The notes: generated from the sequence alone by a model not told the origin. A stretch of DNA of 64,000 nucleotides from an uncultured virus (IMG/VR IMGVR_UViG_3300009159_005817) (IMGVR_UViG_3300009159_005817:1-64000); one strand, 5' to 3'. Shown: positions 28,149 to 38,531, counted from the stretch's first letter. Translations and numbers: made by a program.

Positions 28149-29912
28149 ATGTACATTAGATCAATTATATTCTTTATTGCCTTTTGGTTCACGTCAATAG
28201 CAAGTTATGGTCAGTCTTTTAATTATTCATATACTGATCCTTGTACAGGTGTAGTCAAGACAATACCGGTTTCTACTAATGGAATAACGGTAACCTATTA
28301 CGGCCAAATCCATACATTTCAACCTACTGATTTTTACAATGGAGGTTTTGAAAGTTGGGCTCAAACGGTATACTCATCCTTTGGAAATAATAATCCATGT
28401 GCTTCTATTGTAGGTCTTCCTACTGGAATTAATATAGCACAAAACACAGCAATCAATTTCTTAAGTATTATAAATTCTCTATCTGCTATTAGTGATTTAT
28501 CTTCTTTAGGTGGAGCTACTAATTTATTATCAGGAATTGGAAGTGTTTCCGGTTCTACTAGTAATAAAAAGAAAGATGATAAAAAGAGTGGATCCGCTCA
28601 AACAGACGGAACAACCACAACTACTGAAGGTAGCGTATCAACTCCTAATGGAGGATCAACAACATCAGGTTCATCAGGAAATTCCGGATCCACTCAAACG
28701 AATGGAACTGCTACAAATACGGAAGGAAGCGTATCAACTCCAAGTGGAGGTTCAACAACTTCAGGATCTTCTACTAATCAAGGAACTGGAAATACAAATC
28801 CAACTCAACCTACTCAAACAGGAGGTCAAACAACTCAACCACCGGTAGGTTCTACTCAAAATCAAACTGGCACAAATGGAAATAATAACACGAGTAATAC
28901 CAATAGTAATTCTAGTGGGTCTAGTAATACTAGCAATAATACAAACAATACTCAACCTACGACTGGTACAAATCAAACACAAAACCCTACCACAACCCAA
29001 AATGGAAATTCACAGAGTGGAAGCACAAATTCAAATAGCGGCAATGCTAACCAAAATGGGAGTGGATCCTCTAATAGCAATGGATCGAGCAACCAAAATG
29101 GTAGCGGATCAAACTCAAACGATGGATCTTCTCAAGAAGGTAAAAGTGGAAGCGGAAATACTCAAGGAAGCGAAACGCCTAAAGAAGAAGGTGGAAAAAC
29201 CAACCTAGTAGGTGGAGCCGTTTCGACTTTAGCAAATTCAACTAGTTCTGGTAAAGCCGCTTCAACTGAAAGTAGAAAACCCACAATTCTAGGAAGTAGT
29301 GATTTTGTTGGATTTAATTTTAAAGATTCCGATATTGATCGAGGAGCTAAATTTACAGGAGGTTATACTTCATTAAGATGGGATGGACAAAGATCCCATG
29401 GAATTTTAGTTGATTATACAACTGCTCTTAAAGGACCAAATATTACTGGATTTTATGCAATCATAAAGAAGAAGAGAATTGATTTAATATCAACTACGCT
29501 TACATTAGGATTTGATCGAAAGACTTCGGTTTATGGAACTTTGGCTCTTGGTCAAATGTGGAATATTGATAAAAAGAAAAAACTTAAAGCAGTATACATG
29601 TTAACCGGATCATTTGGTTCTGTATATGGCGAAGAATTTGTTGGTACTGCTGCAATTGCCGGTGTAATGTACGATTGGAAAATTTCTAAACGAATAGATA
29701 TTAAATTAATGGGGCTATATGTCTATGCTCCATATGTTAGTTATTATAATGACATACTACTAAAATCTCCTCATGTAGTTCTTCCTATCATTGGAACTAA
29801 CATTGGACTTACGAAGAGATTTAAGTTAAACATAAATGGTGGTGGAGCTTGGGCATTACAAGAAAATGCATTAAACTACACCATAATGATGGGTACTAGA
29901 TTTTTATTATGA
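28149..29912 (+). CDS. Secreted/outer-membrane protein with S/T/N/G-rich linker and predicted C-terminal beta-barrel
   Basis: Signal peptide; long low-complexity linker with a 32-aa duplication (28590 and 28686); amphipathic strands ending MMGTRFLL. Confidence 0.65.
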   Translation: MYIRSIIFFIAFWFTSIASYGQSFNYSYTDPCTGVVKTIPVSTNGITVTYYGQIHTFQPTDFYNGGFESWAQTVYSSFGNNNPCASIVGLPTGINIAQNTAINFLSIINSLSAISDLSSLGGATNLLSGIGSVSGSTSNKKKDDKKSGSAQTDGTTTTTEGSVSTPNGGSTTSGSSGNSGSTQTNGTATNTEGSVSTPSGGSTTSGSSTNQGTGNTNPTQPTQTGGQTTQPPVGSTQNQTGTNGNNNTSNTNSNSSGSSNTSNNTNNTQPTTGTNQTQNPTTTQNGNSQSGSTNSNSGNANQNGSGSSNSNGSSNQNGSGSNSNDGSSQEGKSGSGNTQGSETPKEEGGKTNLVGGAVSTLANSTSSGKAASTESRKPTILGSSDFVGFNFKDSDIDRGAKFTGGYTSLRWDGQRSHGILVDYTTALKGPNITGFYAIIKKKRIDLISTTLTLGFDRKTSVYGTLALGQMWNIDKKKKLKAVYMLTGSFGSVYGEEFVGTAAIAGVMYDWKISKRIDIKLMGLYVYAPYVSYYNDILLKSPHVVLPIIGTNIGLTKRFKLNINGGGAWALQENALNYTIMMGTRFLL

Positions 29913-30901
29913 GAAAGTTTATCACCACAATAATTGCCATCTTGTTAACCGGTGCTACATATGCACAAGCGTTTACATATTCAGGCTACATATATAACGC
30001 AAATGGTACAGGAGCAGTAAATGTTCCAGTAAAGTTATATAAGAGAACAACTCCAAATATAACTGGTTTTACGTCTCAAACAAACTATAATGGTCACTCA
30101 TATTATAGATCAACCGGTTCTATGACGTGGACTGATGCAAAACAAGCTTGCATAAATATGAATGGGCACTTGGTTACAATTGCTAACGCCTCTGAACAAT
30201 CATTCGTATTTAATACATGGCCATCAGGATGGATTGGATTTACTGATGAATCGGTTGAAGGTACATTTGTATGGGTAACTGGAGAACCTGTAAATTATAC
30301 CAATTGGAATCCTGGTGAACCAAATAATGCAGGCAATGAAGATTATGCTCAATTTGTTAGTGGCGGTAAATGGAATGATCTACCTAACACATCTTTACCT
30401 TATGTAATTGAATTTGATTATATTGTAACCACTACTCCATGGGTTTTGCATCAAACCGTATACACAAACGCTAGTGGATATTATTCATTCAATCAATTGA
30501 CAAATCCATCAGTTGAATGGTATATTCGATATGATGCACCAACACCAATCACAATACATCAAACATCTGATTTAAGTACAATTGGAAATATCGTATTAGG
30601 AGTTACCACCAAGAAATCTTTACATTGGAATATGTTCGATGTGAATAATGATGGAAATATAACGATATCTGATGCATACTATGTGAGTGGAAAGAAAAAC
30701 GGAATATTTGCAAGTTGGATTGGATCTCAATCATCAGCCTTATATACGCCAGCCCAATTTAATATTCTAAATACCGGAACTACTAATTTAAAGGCAACAT
30801 ACCCTGGAGTAAGCTCATTTACAATATCAACTCCAGTGAATGGTGGATCTGCAAATTATTACCTAATTGCTCCAGGTTATGCTGGACAAGTAACATACTA
30901 A
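29909..30901 (+). CDS. Secreted C-type lectin domain protein with dockerin-like motif
   Basis: TWTDAKQAC...GHLVTI, WIGFTD, YTNWNPGEPNN, WNDL; FDVNNDGNITISDA. Confidence 0.85.
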   Translation: MRKFITTIIAILLTGATYAQAFTYSGYIYNANGTGAVNVPVKLYKRTTPNITGFTSQTNYNGHSYYRSTGSMTWTDAKQACINMNGHLVTIANASEQSFVFNTWPSGWIGFTDESVEGTFVWVTGEPVNYTNWNPGEPNNAGNEDYAQFVSGGKWNDLPNTSLPYVIEFDYIVTTTPWVLHQTVYTNASGYYSFNQLTNPSVEWYIRYDAPTPITIHQTSDLSTIGNIVLGVTTKKSLHWNMFDVNNDGNITISDAYYVSGKKNGIFASWIGSQSSALYTPAQFNILNTGTTNLKATYPGVSSFTISTPVNGGSANYYLIAPGYAGQVTY

Positions 30902-30907
30902 ATATTT

Positions 30908-31363
30908 ATGAAAAATCTACTTCTTATATTACTTCTGCTTCCAATGTTATCATTCGGACAAATCAATTCATGTGTTCATGTTGATTCGGTTTATTCAACC
31001 GCTAAATATAAGGATATGGGTAATCGTGATATTCGCTTTGGTATTAGACAAATGACCGAGGATATTCTTTCTGAAAAATATTGTATCAATTCATCATCTC
31101 CGGATGTAGATGTAGAGGTATTTTTCTTTGGTTTACCTAGAAGTACTTATAGAATAATTGGAGTAGAGAAAACTAATCAAATAACTCAAGTTGGCATTCG
31201 TATTTATTATAATGGTGTTAAATACGAAGCTTATGGAGAATCTGATACTGAAATACGAACTGTGATGTTAGAGATTGTTGAAGGACAGACTCCATTTTCA
31301 AAGATGACGGTTTCTAATGCGATAAAAAAAGCAATAGAATCATGCGTATCTCAAATGCCTTAA
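30908..31363 (+). CDS. Secreted hypothetical protein (possibly a small CsgG-like alpha/beta fold)
   Basis: Signal peptide; pattern similar to the 27429 protein (FGIRQM.EDIL, GE.DT, SNAIKKAIE). Confidence 0.5.
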   Translation: MKNLLLILLLLPMLSFGQINSCVHVDSVYSTAKYKDMGNRDIRFGIRQMTEDILSEKYCINSSSPDVDVEVFFFGLPRSTYRIIGVEKTNQITQVGIRIYYNGVKYEAYGESDTEIRTVMLEIVEGQTPFSKMTVSNAIKKAIESCVSQMP

Positions 31364-31803
31364 TTATATTCTTACTCTTTATACCATCATTCATATTTGG
31401 ACAAATTAAAGTTCAAGATGTTGGTGACGGATGGCAAAGCAAAGTAGATTCTGCTATTACTCTTATACAGAAAACTGATACCATCGCCTATCAAATCTTA
31501 ATAGAAAATTGTAAGGATGTGGAATTTATTATTGGTAAGTACTCTACTACTAAACCTCCTTATACGATTGCTATAACCACTAAAGATATGAATCTAAATT
31601 CCATCAATAATATAGCAGCCGTGTTAATACATGAATCATATCATCTTTTTATATACAATAACAAAATAGTATATTCACCAACCGATGAAGAAGCCACTTG
31701 CTATGAAAGAGAATATGAATTTCTTTGTAAACTCCCTAATGTTGAAGATTGGCTATTTCTTAATGCCATGAACAACATCATCCTTTTCCGAAATCGGAAG
31801 TAA
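31342..31803 (+). CDS. Secreted HExxH zinc metallopeptidase-like protein
   Basis: Signal peptide; AVLIHESYH followed by DEEATCY. Confidence 0.6.
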   Translation: MRISNALIIFLLFIPSFIFGQIKVQDVGDGWQSKVDSAITLIQKTDTIAYQILIENCKDVEFIIGKYSTTKPPYTIAITTKDMNLNSINNIAAVLIHESYHLFIYNNKIVYSPTDEEATCYEREYEFLCKLPNVEDWLFLNAMNNIILFRNRK

Positions 31804-31857
31804 CTTTTTATTACACGGTTCATATAATTAATATATTGATCTCTTAAAATTAAGGAA

Positions 31858-32484
31858 ATGAAACCACACAAGCTAAAAGGAGATTTTGATCTAGATGAAT
31901 CTTCATCTAACAAAATCAAAGAAGTAAAAGATAAAATATCCAATTGGCTTTGGATGAATATTGGATGGCAATTTAGATACATTTATCGTAAAATTCGTAA
32001 TCTAATTAGATGGACTCCTATTATTTGGAAAGATCAAGATTGGGATGATACTTTCATATTTGAAATTCTAAAATTCAAATTGACCAATCAAGCTAAATAT
32101 ATTGGTGGTCAGGATCGTCATACAACGGCAAAAAGAGATGCCGAGATTATGATGACTTGCGTTAGATTAATTGATCGTATACAAGATGATTTCTATGATA
32201 GTGAATATACAGATTATCATGAAGCTGATTTTAGATTTGAAGATTGCGAAGATAAACCCGGATATTCACAATTACACATTGATGAGATTTCTAATAGATT
32301 TCCAGAATACTTCTCTAAATATCCAAGACAATATAAACGAGCATTAGATCCTAATACTCATTGGTATTATAGCGAGAAATCTGATAAGACAATTGCAATG
32401 TGGATTAGTAACGAAAATCAAAAACGAGCACAAACTCTACTCTTCAAAATTATAAACGAAAGAATCCAAGGATGGTGGGATTAA
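31858..32484 (+). CDS. Hypothetical protein
   Basis: Long ORF with CATATAAT upstream. Confidence 0.7.
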   Translation: MKPHKLKGDFDLDESSSNKIKEVKDKISNWLWMNIGWQFRYIYRKIRNLIRWTPIIWKDQDWDDTFIFEILKFKLTNQAKYIGGQDRHTTAKRDAEIMMTCVRLIDRIQDDFYDSEYTDYHEADFRFEDCEDKPGYSQLHIDEISNRFPEYFSKYPRQYKRALDPNTHWYYSEKSDKTIAMWISNENQKRAQTLLFKIINERIQGWWD

Positions 32485-32589
32485 TCAACAGATGTACTTC
32501 TTAGTTCATCTATTGACCCTAATAGAATCAATAACTATTATATACATTATCTTACAATCAATACCTCTATTGTTAATAATTGGCTAAAA

Positions 32590-32660
32590 TTGTTAATAAC
32601 TTTATGACTCGAGATTTTTTAATCTCGGTTTTTTGTATTATATTTATACTATAATTAATT
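32590..32660 (+). promoter_or_regulatory. Repeated promoter cassette copy 7 (hairpin variant)
   Basis: TTGTTAATAAC at 32590; CGAGATTTTTTAATCTCG shared with copy 1; TATATTTA at 32639. Confidence 0.75.
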
Positions 32661-32667
32661 AAACAAT

Positions 32668-33312
32668 ATGAAGATAGAAATTCCAAAAGGCGTAAACGTT
32701 TGGTTTACTTCGGATACCCATTACAATCACAAAAACATTTGTCGAGGCGTAAGTACATGGGAAGCTGGAAGAGGAACTCGAGATTTTACAAATCTACAAA
32801 AGATGAACGATGCGATCGTTAATCAAATCAATTCAAAGGTAATGGAAGATGATATTCTTTTCCATCTTGGTGATTGGTCATTTGGTGGATTTGAATCTAT
32901 TATGGAATTTCGTAATCGTATCGTTTGTAAAAACATTCACTTAATCTTAGGTAATCATGACCATCATATCGAAAATAATGCAGATGATGTTCAAGATTTA
33001 TTTTCTTCTGTTAATCAGTACTTGAAAATGCAAATCAACATTAACCGAACAGCAAATGGCGTAGATAAACATAACTTCGTTTTATGTCATTATCCTCTTG
33101 GATCTTGGCACGATATGGCAATGGGTGTAATACATTTACATGGTCACGTTCACCTTCCACCAAATTTAAAACTTGGTGAAGGAAAGGCAATGGATGTAGG
33201 TGTTGATGGAAATAATATGGCAGTATACTCATTACAAGAAATTGTGAACATCATGAAGAAACAACCAATTGCCTCTTTACGTTTACCAAAAGATCATCAT
33301 GAACAAGTCTAA
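32668..33312 (+). CDS. Calcineurin-like metallophosphoesterase
   Basis: SDTH, HLGDW, GNHD, CHYP, HLHGHVH, DVGVD. Confidence 0.9.
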   Translation: MKIEIPKGVNVWFTSDTHYNHKNICRGVSTWEAGRGTRDFTNLQKMNDAIVNQINSKVMEDDILFHLGDWSFGGFESIMEFRNRIVCKNIHLILGNHDHHIENNADDVQDLFSSVNQYLKMQININRTANGVDKHNFVLCHYPLGSWHDMAMGVIHLHGHVHLPPNLKLGEGKAMDVGVDGNNMAVYSLQEIVNIMKKQPIASLRLPKDHHEQV

Positions 33313-33324
33313 CATAAAATAAAT

Positions 33325-33729
33325 ATGAAAAATCTAATTCTACTTCGAGGATTACCAGGTTCTGGAAAATCCACAGCTGCAAAACTATTTCAAGGATCAG
33401 GATATTCTTCACATTATGAAGCCGATATGTATTTCCTTAATAAAGAAACTGGTGAATATCAATTTGATCCGAGTAAATTAAAATTGGCTCATAATTGGTG
33501 TGCTATACAAACTCAAAAAGCAATGGTTGATGAGATACCTACTATTATAATCTCGAATACATTTACTCAAGAATGGGAAATGGACAATTATCGTGAATTA
33601 GCAAAAATGCACGATTATCAAGTATTTACTCTAATTGTAGAAAATCGTCATGGTGGAGTTAATGTACATGGAGTACCTGATGATAAATTAAAAGCAATGG
33701 AAGACCGTTTTGAACTTAAATTAATATAA
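33325..33729 (+). CDS. P-loop kinase (AAA_33 / polynucleotide kinase-like)
   Basis: LRGLPGSGKST, EADMYF, ISNTF, NVHGVP. Confidence 0.85.
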   Translation: MKNLILLRGLPGSGKSTAAKLFQGSGYSSHYEADMYFLNKETGEYQFDPSKLKLAHNWCAIQTQKAMVDEIPTIIISNTFTQEWEMDNYRELAKMHDYQVFTLIVENRHGGVNVHGVPDDKLKAMEDRFELKLI

Positions 33730-33730
33730 C

Positions 33731-33949
33731 ATGAAAAATGACAGACACATTTGGGAAGGTTGGACAGCTCAATCTTTTATCGATGAATTACAACCAATCT
33801 TTAATATGATAATCCAAAATCAATCTCATATTAAACCTTTTAAAACAAAAGAAGAACTTAAAACCTGGTGTAAGGATCATCAACCTTACTATAAGAAACA
33901 TATACCAGAAGTATACAATCATTTCTTAGAACTTACTGAATTAAAATAA
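33731..33949 (+). CDS. Hypothetical protein
   Basis: ORF in tandem array. Confidence 0.6.
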   Translation: MKNDRHIWEGWTAQSFIDELQPIFNMIIQNQSHIKPFKTKEELKTWCKDHQPYYKKHIPEVYNHFLELTELK

Positions 33950-34198
33950 ATGGGAAAAATAATATTAGAATTCGATTCAATCGAAGAATCGCAAGATGCA
34001 AGAGTAGCATTGGATGCGATGAAATGGAAAATGGCAATGTGGGACTTAGATCAAAAGTTAAGAGGAACTACTAAATATGGAGCAAGTCAACTTGATACAG
34101 CAAAAGAAGCAACAGATGAAGAGATGAATATTGCAGAAAAATACAGAAATACGATTAGGGAAATACTTAATGAATATAATCTAAACATAGAAGATTAA
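33950..34198 (+). CDS. Hypothetical protein
   Basis: ORF in tandem array. Confidence 0.6.
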   Translation: MGKIILEFDSIEESQDARVALDAMKWKMAMWDLDQKLRGTTKYGASQLDTAKEATDEEMNIAEKYRNTIREILNEYNLNIED

Positions 34199-34218
34199 AC
34201 GATTACAAAATATAATAG

Positions 34219-34479
34219 ATGAAAAATATTGATATTGAATTAGACCGAATAAATGTTCGTTCAGAACAAATACTTGATAGATTAAAAGAAATTCAAGGAG
34301 AAAGAACAACTATTAAATTCAAGATAAAAAATAATCTAATAGATTTTGTTTTAGGAGAGCTACAAATGCAAACACTCGATTATGAAGCACTTCTTCTAGT
34401 CGAAGAAACGGTAGAATTAGAAGTAGATATTTCGTTCGTGGAGTTAATCGATGAATTGGATATTGATATACAAAGATAA
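34219..34479 (+). CDS. Acidic hypothetical protein
   Basis: ORF in tandem array. Confidence 0.55.
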   Translation: MKNIDIELDRINVRSEQILDRLKEIQGERTTIKFKIKNNLIDFVLGELQMQTLDYEALLLVEETVELEVDISFVELIDELDIDIQR

Positions 34480-34485
34480 AAAATT

Positions 34486-35100
34486 ATGAAAGCGTTAAAA
34501 AAAATAAAGTACTTCATCAAAGATTTCGAATTTTTGAAGGCGTATAACTCACCATTCCTAGCACCAAAACCTCATTTGTACATTGGAAAAATTGCTTTAG
34601 GAACACCACATTTTTTTCCTAGAAAATGGGTAAAGGCTACTCCAGAAAGAGCTACTGAGGCAGCTTTACGAGAAATTGAAGATACCAAGAAATTTAATGA
34701 AAATCATACCGAATATAAAAGAACCGTCAAGACTTTTGATGATCTTTATGTAGAGAAGATGAGATGGTCTTATACCGAACCTAAAAAAATCGGTTTTGAT
34801 TTTGTTTCACTTGGTTGGAAAACTAAATGGTCAGATACCGATTATCGTTTTGAATGGTCGCCTAGATGGTCATTTGTCTTTTTTAAATGGCAAATTGCCA
34901 TTACGTTTGTTGCTCCTCAAATAGATCATTATTGGGAATGTTGGTTATTTTATACTCGAAATACTGATAAAACTAAATCAATTGAACAAAGAATCATTCA
35001 ATGTAGAAAAGAATTTCCTTGTAATTGGATTTCCTCAATTGATGGAGTAAAAACAACTACTTGTTATTGGGATGTAATTTTAAAGGAAAAATGGTTATAA
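34486..35100 (+). CDS. Hypothetical protein (Trp-rich)
   Basis: Long ORF. Confidence 0.65.
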   Translation: MKALKKIKYFIKDFEFLKAYNSPFLAPKPHLYIGKIALGTPHFFPRKWVKATPERATEAALREIEDTKKFNENHTEYKRTVKTFDDLYVEKMRWSYTEPKKIGFDFVSLGWKTKWSDTDYRFEWSPRWSFVFFKWQIAITFVAPQIDHYWECWLFYTRNTDKTKSIEQRIIQCRKEFPCNWISSIDGVKTTTCYWDVILKEKWL

Positions 35101-35112
35101 CATATAATAGAT

Positions 35113-35679
35113 ATGAAAGTAATATTTTTAGATAATGATGGAGTAATTTGTTTATCTAGCAATTGGGGTGGAAGATCTAAGAAATGGTCTAATTATAGGA
35201 GTGAAAATCCTGAATCTAGTAATGACTTAAGATCTGCTCCTGTTACCGTGAGATTTGATAATTTCGATAAGAAAGCCATTAAAATTCTTAACGAAGTTAT
35301 TGAGGAAACTGGTGCTGAAATTGTGGTAAGTTCTGATTGGAAACTTCACGCAAATCTCGAAGAACTTGGAGATTATTATGAATCACAAGGAATCGTTAAA
35401 AGGCCTATTGCAATAACTCCTAACTTAGAAGATTTTGATCCTGATTCTGCTGGCATATATCATTGGAAAGGGTGGAAGGAAAGAGCTCGAATATTAGAAA
35501 TACAAAAGTATCTTGAACTACATCCAGAGATTACACATTGGGTTGCTATTGATGATTTGAATATGTCACCAGAATATAACCAAGATCATGGATTAGAACA
35601 TTTCGTTTTAACGCCGAGATCGAATGAAGGAATTAAACAATCCGGTATAAAAGAAAAACTAATTAATAAATTGAAATAG
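35113..35679 (+). CDS. HAD-superfamily phosphatase, Swiss-Army-Knife RNA-repair type
   Basis: IFLDNDGVI, IVVSSDWK, R..EI..YL, WVAIDD. Confidence 0.8.
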   Translation: MKVIFLDNDGVICLSSNWGGRSKKWSNYRSENPESSNDLRSAPVTVRFDNFDKKAIKILNEVIEETGAEIVVSSDWKLHANLEELGDYYESQGIVKRPIAITPNLEDFDPDSAGIYHWKGWKERARILEIQKYLELHPEITHWVAIDDLNMSPEYNQDHGLEHFVLTPRSNEGIKQSGIKEKLINKLK

Positions 35680-36342
35680 ATGGAAACGAAGATTGTTTGT
35701 ATCTCTGATACACATGGTAAACACAAACAAATTCCCGAAGATTGGTTTCCTGAAGGAGATATTATCGTACATGCCGGTGATATTAGTTCAATGGGTTATT
35801 TACACGAAATAGAAGAATTTTGTAAATGGTACTCTAATCTATCATATTCTTATAAGATTCTTATTGCAGGAAATCATGATTGGGGATTCCAAACTAAACC
35901 TCAGGAAGTAAAAGAAATTCTTGATCGTTATCCAGAAATTACCTACCTACAAGATTCTAGTATAGAAATACGAGGTATTAAATTCTGGGGTTCTCCATGG
36001 CAACCTGAATTTTGTGATTGGGCTTTCAATCTTAAAAGAGGACCTCGAATTCTAGAAAGATGGAAACAAATACCCGAAGATACTCGAGTACTTATTACTC
36101 ATGGTCCTGTACAGGGAAGATGTGATATGACATTAAGTGGAGAATTCGTTGGTTGTGAAATGCTTGAAATGGAACTTCATACTAGATTAAATGTTGAGCT
36201 ACATATATGCGGACATATTCATTGTGCTCATGGAGAAACTCATGATGGTAAAACACATTTCATCAATGCCGCAATTCTAAACGAACGTTATCAAGTACAA
36301 TATAAACCGATCGTTTACACCGTTGACCTAAACGACGAATAA
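35680..36342 (+). CDS. Metallophosphoesterase (MPPED-like)
   Basis: ISDTH, HAGD, IAGNHD, GSPWQP, LITHGP, CGHIH. Confidence 0.9.
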   Translation: METKIVCISDTHGKHKQIPEDWFPEGDIIVHAGDISSMGYLHEIEEFCKWYSNLSYSYKILIAGNHDWGFQTKPQEVKEILDRYPEITYLQDSSIEIRGIKFWGSPWQPEFCDWAFNLKRGPRILERWKQIPEDTRVLITHGPVQGRCDMTLSGEFVGCEMLEMELHTRLNVELHICGHIHCAHGETHDGKTHFINAAILNERYQVQYKPIVYTVDLNDE

Positions 36343-36361
36343 ATATAAAAAACAACTTACC

Positions 36362-36655
36362 ATGGATAAAATTCCTACATATAAAAACTATAAACAAGAT
36401 TTTACGACTAAGAAGCTAGATGAAGCCGGCATGAAAGTATCTCGTCAACTTCAAAAAGCAACCGAAGATTATCATCAAGCACAACTAGATATGCAGACTA
36501 TACAAAAAGATTTTATTGCAACTGCTAAAAATGATGAATCTAAACGTAAAGAACTTAAAGATAAACTAATTAAACAAAATGAAATCGTCAAAACCAAAGA
36601 GAAAGCGTTTCATCAAGCCCTTGGCAACGAGGACATTGACGATCTTGAAATCTAA
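36362..36655 (+). CDS. Coiled-coil hypothetical protein with a weak capsid-targeting-like leader
   Basis: MDKIPTYKNY...KLDEA. Confidence 0.55.
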   Translation: MDKIPTYKNYKQDFTTKKLDEAGMKVSRQLQKATEDYHQAQLDMQTIQKDFIATAKNDESKRKELKDKLIKQNEIVKTKEKAFHQALGNEDIDDLEI

Positions 36656-36659
36656 AAAT

Positions 36660-37145
36660 ATGGGTCTATTTAATTTCTGGTCATGGCCAGCTGAACTTAT
36701 CGATGATATACGACAATGGTTTGTTGTTAGATCAGCACTTAAAGAACCGGCTACTGATGCTGAGTTTAAAGCATTTAAAGATCTTGAAATCAGAAAAGAT
36801 AAAATTGGTAGATTATATACCGTCGTAAATTTACCCGAAGAACTTTGGCCATATGAAAAAAAGAATATGGCTTGGCCTTATGTCCTAGATAAATTAAGAA
36901 CTGTAGATGAACTTCTAATGAGATTGCGTCTAAACGAACTTCTATTTCCAGATGTTAGACCTATCGAAGATTCATTTGCATATTTGGTAATTCTTTCTCC
37001 ATCAATTGAATCCTTTTCGATATGGAAATTTTTAAGATGGTTACTTAATTTATCAGTAACTACCGGAACATTATTTTTAATCGATCGAATAGTACTTAAA
37101 CTTTCCGGATTAGGTATACTAGATCACTTCATAACATTATTTTGA
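36660..37145 (+). CDS. Hypothetical membrane protein
   Basis: Start moved to ATG 36660 (MGLFNFW); C-terminal hydrophobic segment. Confidence 0.6.
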   Translation: MGLFNFWSWPAELIDDIRQWFVVRSALKEPATDAEFKAFKDLEIRKDKIGRLYTVVNLPEELWPYEKKNMAWPYVLDKLRTVDELLMRLRLNELLFPDVRPIEDSFAYLVILSPSIESFSIWKFLRWLLNLSVTTGTLFLIDRIVLKLSGLGILDHFITLF

Positions 37146-37864
37146 GAACTACAATAGGAAACCACGGTGCTGGTAGATACTATGTTGTAGACGAAGAGAA
37201 ACAAATCAAACTCCCATCTGTCACTACTATACTTGGTGAAATGATGGACAAATCCGGTTTGCTAGAATGGCAAAAACGAGTTGGTGTTGAAGAGGCAGAA
37301 AAAATCGCCAAGAAAGCAGCAAATCGAGGAACATTCATGCATGCCGTTTTAGAGAATTATGTTGATAACTTATTCGTTGCACCTATAGAAAATGCATTAC
37401 AAGAATCTTTTAAAAAGGCAGTAGCCGAAAACGATTTCACTGAAGAAGAATTTGAAATTGGTAAGAACTTATTCTTTAACTTTTATCAATCCGACTTTTT
37501 TAATAAAATTGATGGAGTTCTTTATCAAGAAGAAGCTCTATGGTCTAATCGAGGTGGTGGTTATGCTGGTCGTATGGACTTAGCAGTTAGGTATAAAGAT
37601 CAAAAGAAAAAAGTCGTAGATTATAAAACATCTAAAAAACCTAAAAGAGATGATTGGATTCTAGGTTATAAAATGCAAGTATCCGCTTATGCAGTTGCGT
37701 TATACGATCGATTTGGAATTGTCATAGATGAATGTGAAATATGGATATCTTGTGAGACTGGAGATTTACAAACATTTACACTAACACAACCAGATATGAA
37801 ATTTTATTTCGGTGAATTTATGAAGTTAGTTAAAGGTTATCATGAGAAATTCCCACAGAATTAA
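37142..37864 (+). CDS. PD-(D/E)XK exonuclease (Cas4/RecB-like phage exonuclease)
   Basis: LPSVTTIL, ANRGTFMH, YAGRMD, VDYKTS, QVSAYA. Confidence 0.85.
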   Translation: MRTTIGNHGAGRYYVVDEEKQIKLPSVTTILGEMMDKSGLLEWQKRVGVEEAEKIAKKAANRGTFMHAVLENYVDNLFVAPIENALQESFKKAVAENDFTEEEFEIGKNLFFNFYQSDFFNKIDGVLYQEEALWSNRGGGYAGRMDLAVRYKDQKKKVVDYKTSKKPKRDDWILGYKMQVSAYAVALYDRFGIVIDECEIWISCETGDLQTFTLTQPDMKFYFGEFMKLVKGYHEKFPQN

Positions 37865-37877
37865 CATATAATAGAAT

Positions 37878-38531
37878 ATGGCGATACCTAAAATTATACA
37901 TCAAATTTGGATTGGTCCCAAGAAATGCCCTGATAAATTAATACAAACTTGGCGAGATCTACATCCAGAAGAAGATGGTTGGCAACATATACTTTGGACA
38001 GATAAAGATGTAGATGATTTCAAAATGAAAAATATCCGTCATTATAATGATATTGAAGAATGGGCAGGAAAAGCAGATGTTTGGCGATATGAAATACTTT
38101 ATCGTTATGGTGGATTCTTTTGTGATGCAGATTCTATTTGCACTAATACATTAGATGATTTTTTCTTTGAACATGATTGTTTTGCTGGTTTCGAAAATGA
38201 ACAAGCTAGACCTAATCTAGTGGCAAACGGTTATATCGGTGCTTCAAAAGAAAATCCATTCATGAAAATCCTTATTGATGAGTTATACAAAACTACATCG
38301 GTTTCTCATAAATATACTAATCGTATGGCTTGGCAAAATACCGGTCCTCTTTTCTTTACGAACACAATCATTAAACATCAATATCCAATTTCGGTTTATC
38401 CATCATTTGTTTTTATACCTGAACATTATTCAGGAGTCAAATATACAGGAGATAAAAAATCTTACTCTAAACAATTATGGGGTAGTACGCAAGAATTTGG
38501 AGCTAACCCAAACTTTTATAACGAATTATGA
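37878..38531 (+). CDS. GT32-like glycosyltransferase (DXD sugar-binding)
   Basis: IPKIIHQIWIG, KADVWRYEILYRYGGFFCDAD, TGP. Confidence 0.9.
   Translation: MAIPKIIHQIWIGPKKCPDKLIQTWRDLHPEEDGWQHILWTDKDVDDFKMKNIRHYNDIEEWAGKADVWRYEILYRYGGFFCDADSICTNTLDDFFFEHDCFAGFENEQARPNLVANGYIGASKENPFMKILIDELYKTTSVSHKYTNRMAWQNTGPLFFTNTIIKHQYPISVYPSFVFIPEHYSGVKYTGDKKSYSKQLWGSTQEFGANPNFYNEL

Noticed and set aside
28510..29208. Alternative-frame + strand ORFs (28510-28848, 28876-29208; also 13335, 19797, 24369, 38275, 57250)
   Set aside because: They are nested in longer supported genes; those at 28.5-29.2 kb arise from low-complexity sequence lacking stops
32485..32590. Intergenic gap as a possible tRNA or ncRNA
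   Set aside because: No cloverleaf, T-loop or convincing stems; contains only a partial extra TTGTTAATAA
37142..37864. Cas4-like nuclease as evidence for a CRISPR-Cas system
   Set aside because: Stand-alone PD-(D/E)XK exonucleases are common in phages; no Fe-S cysteine set, array or other cas genes
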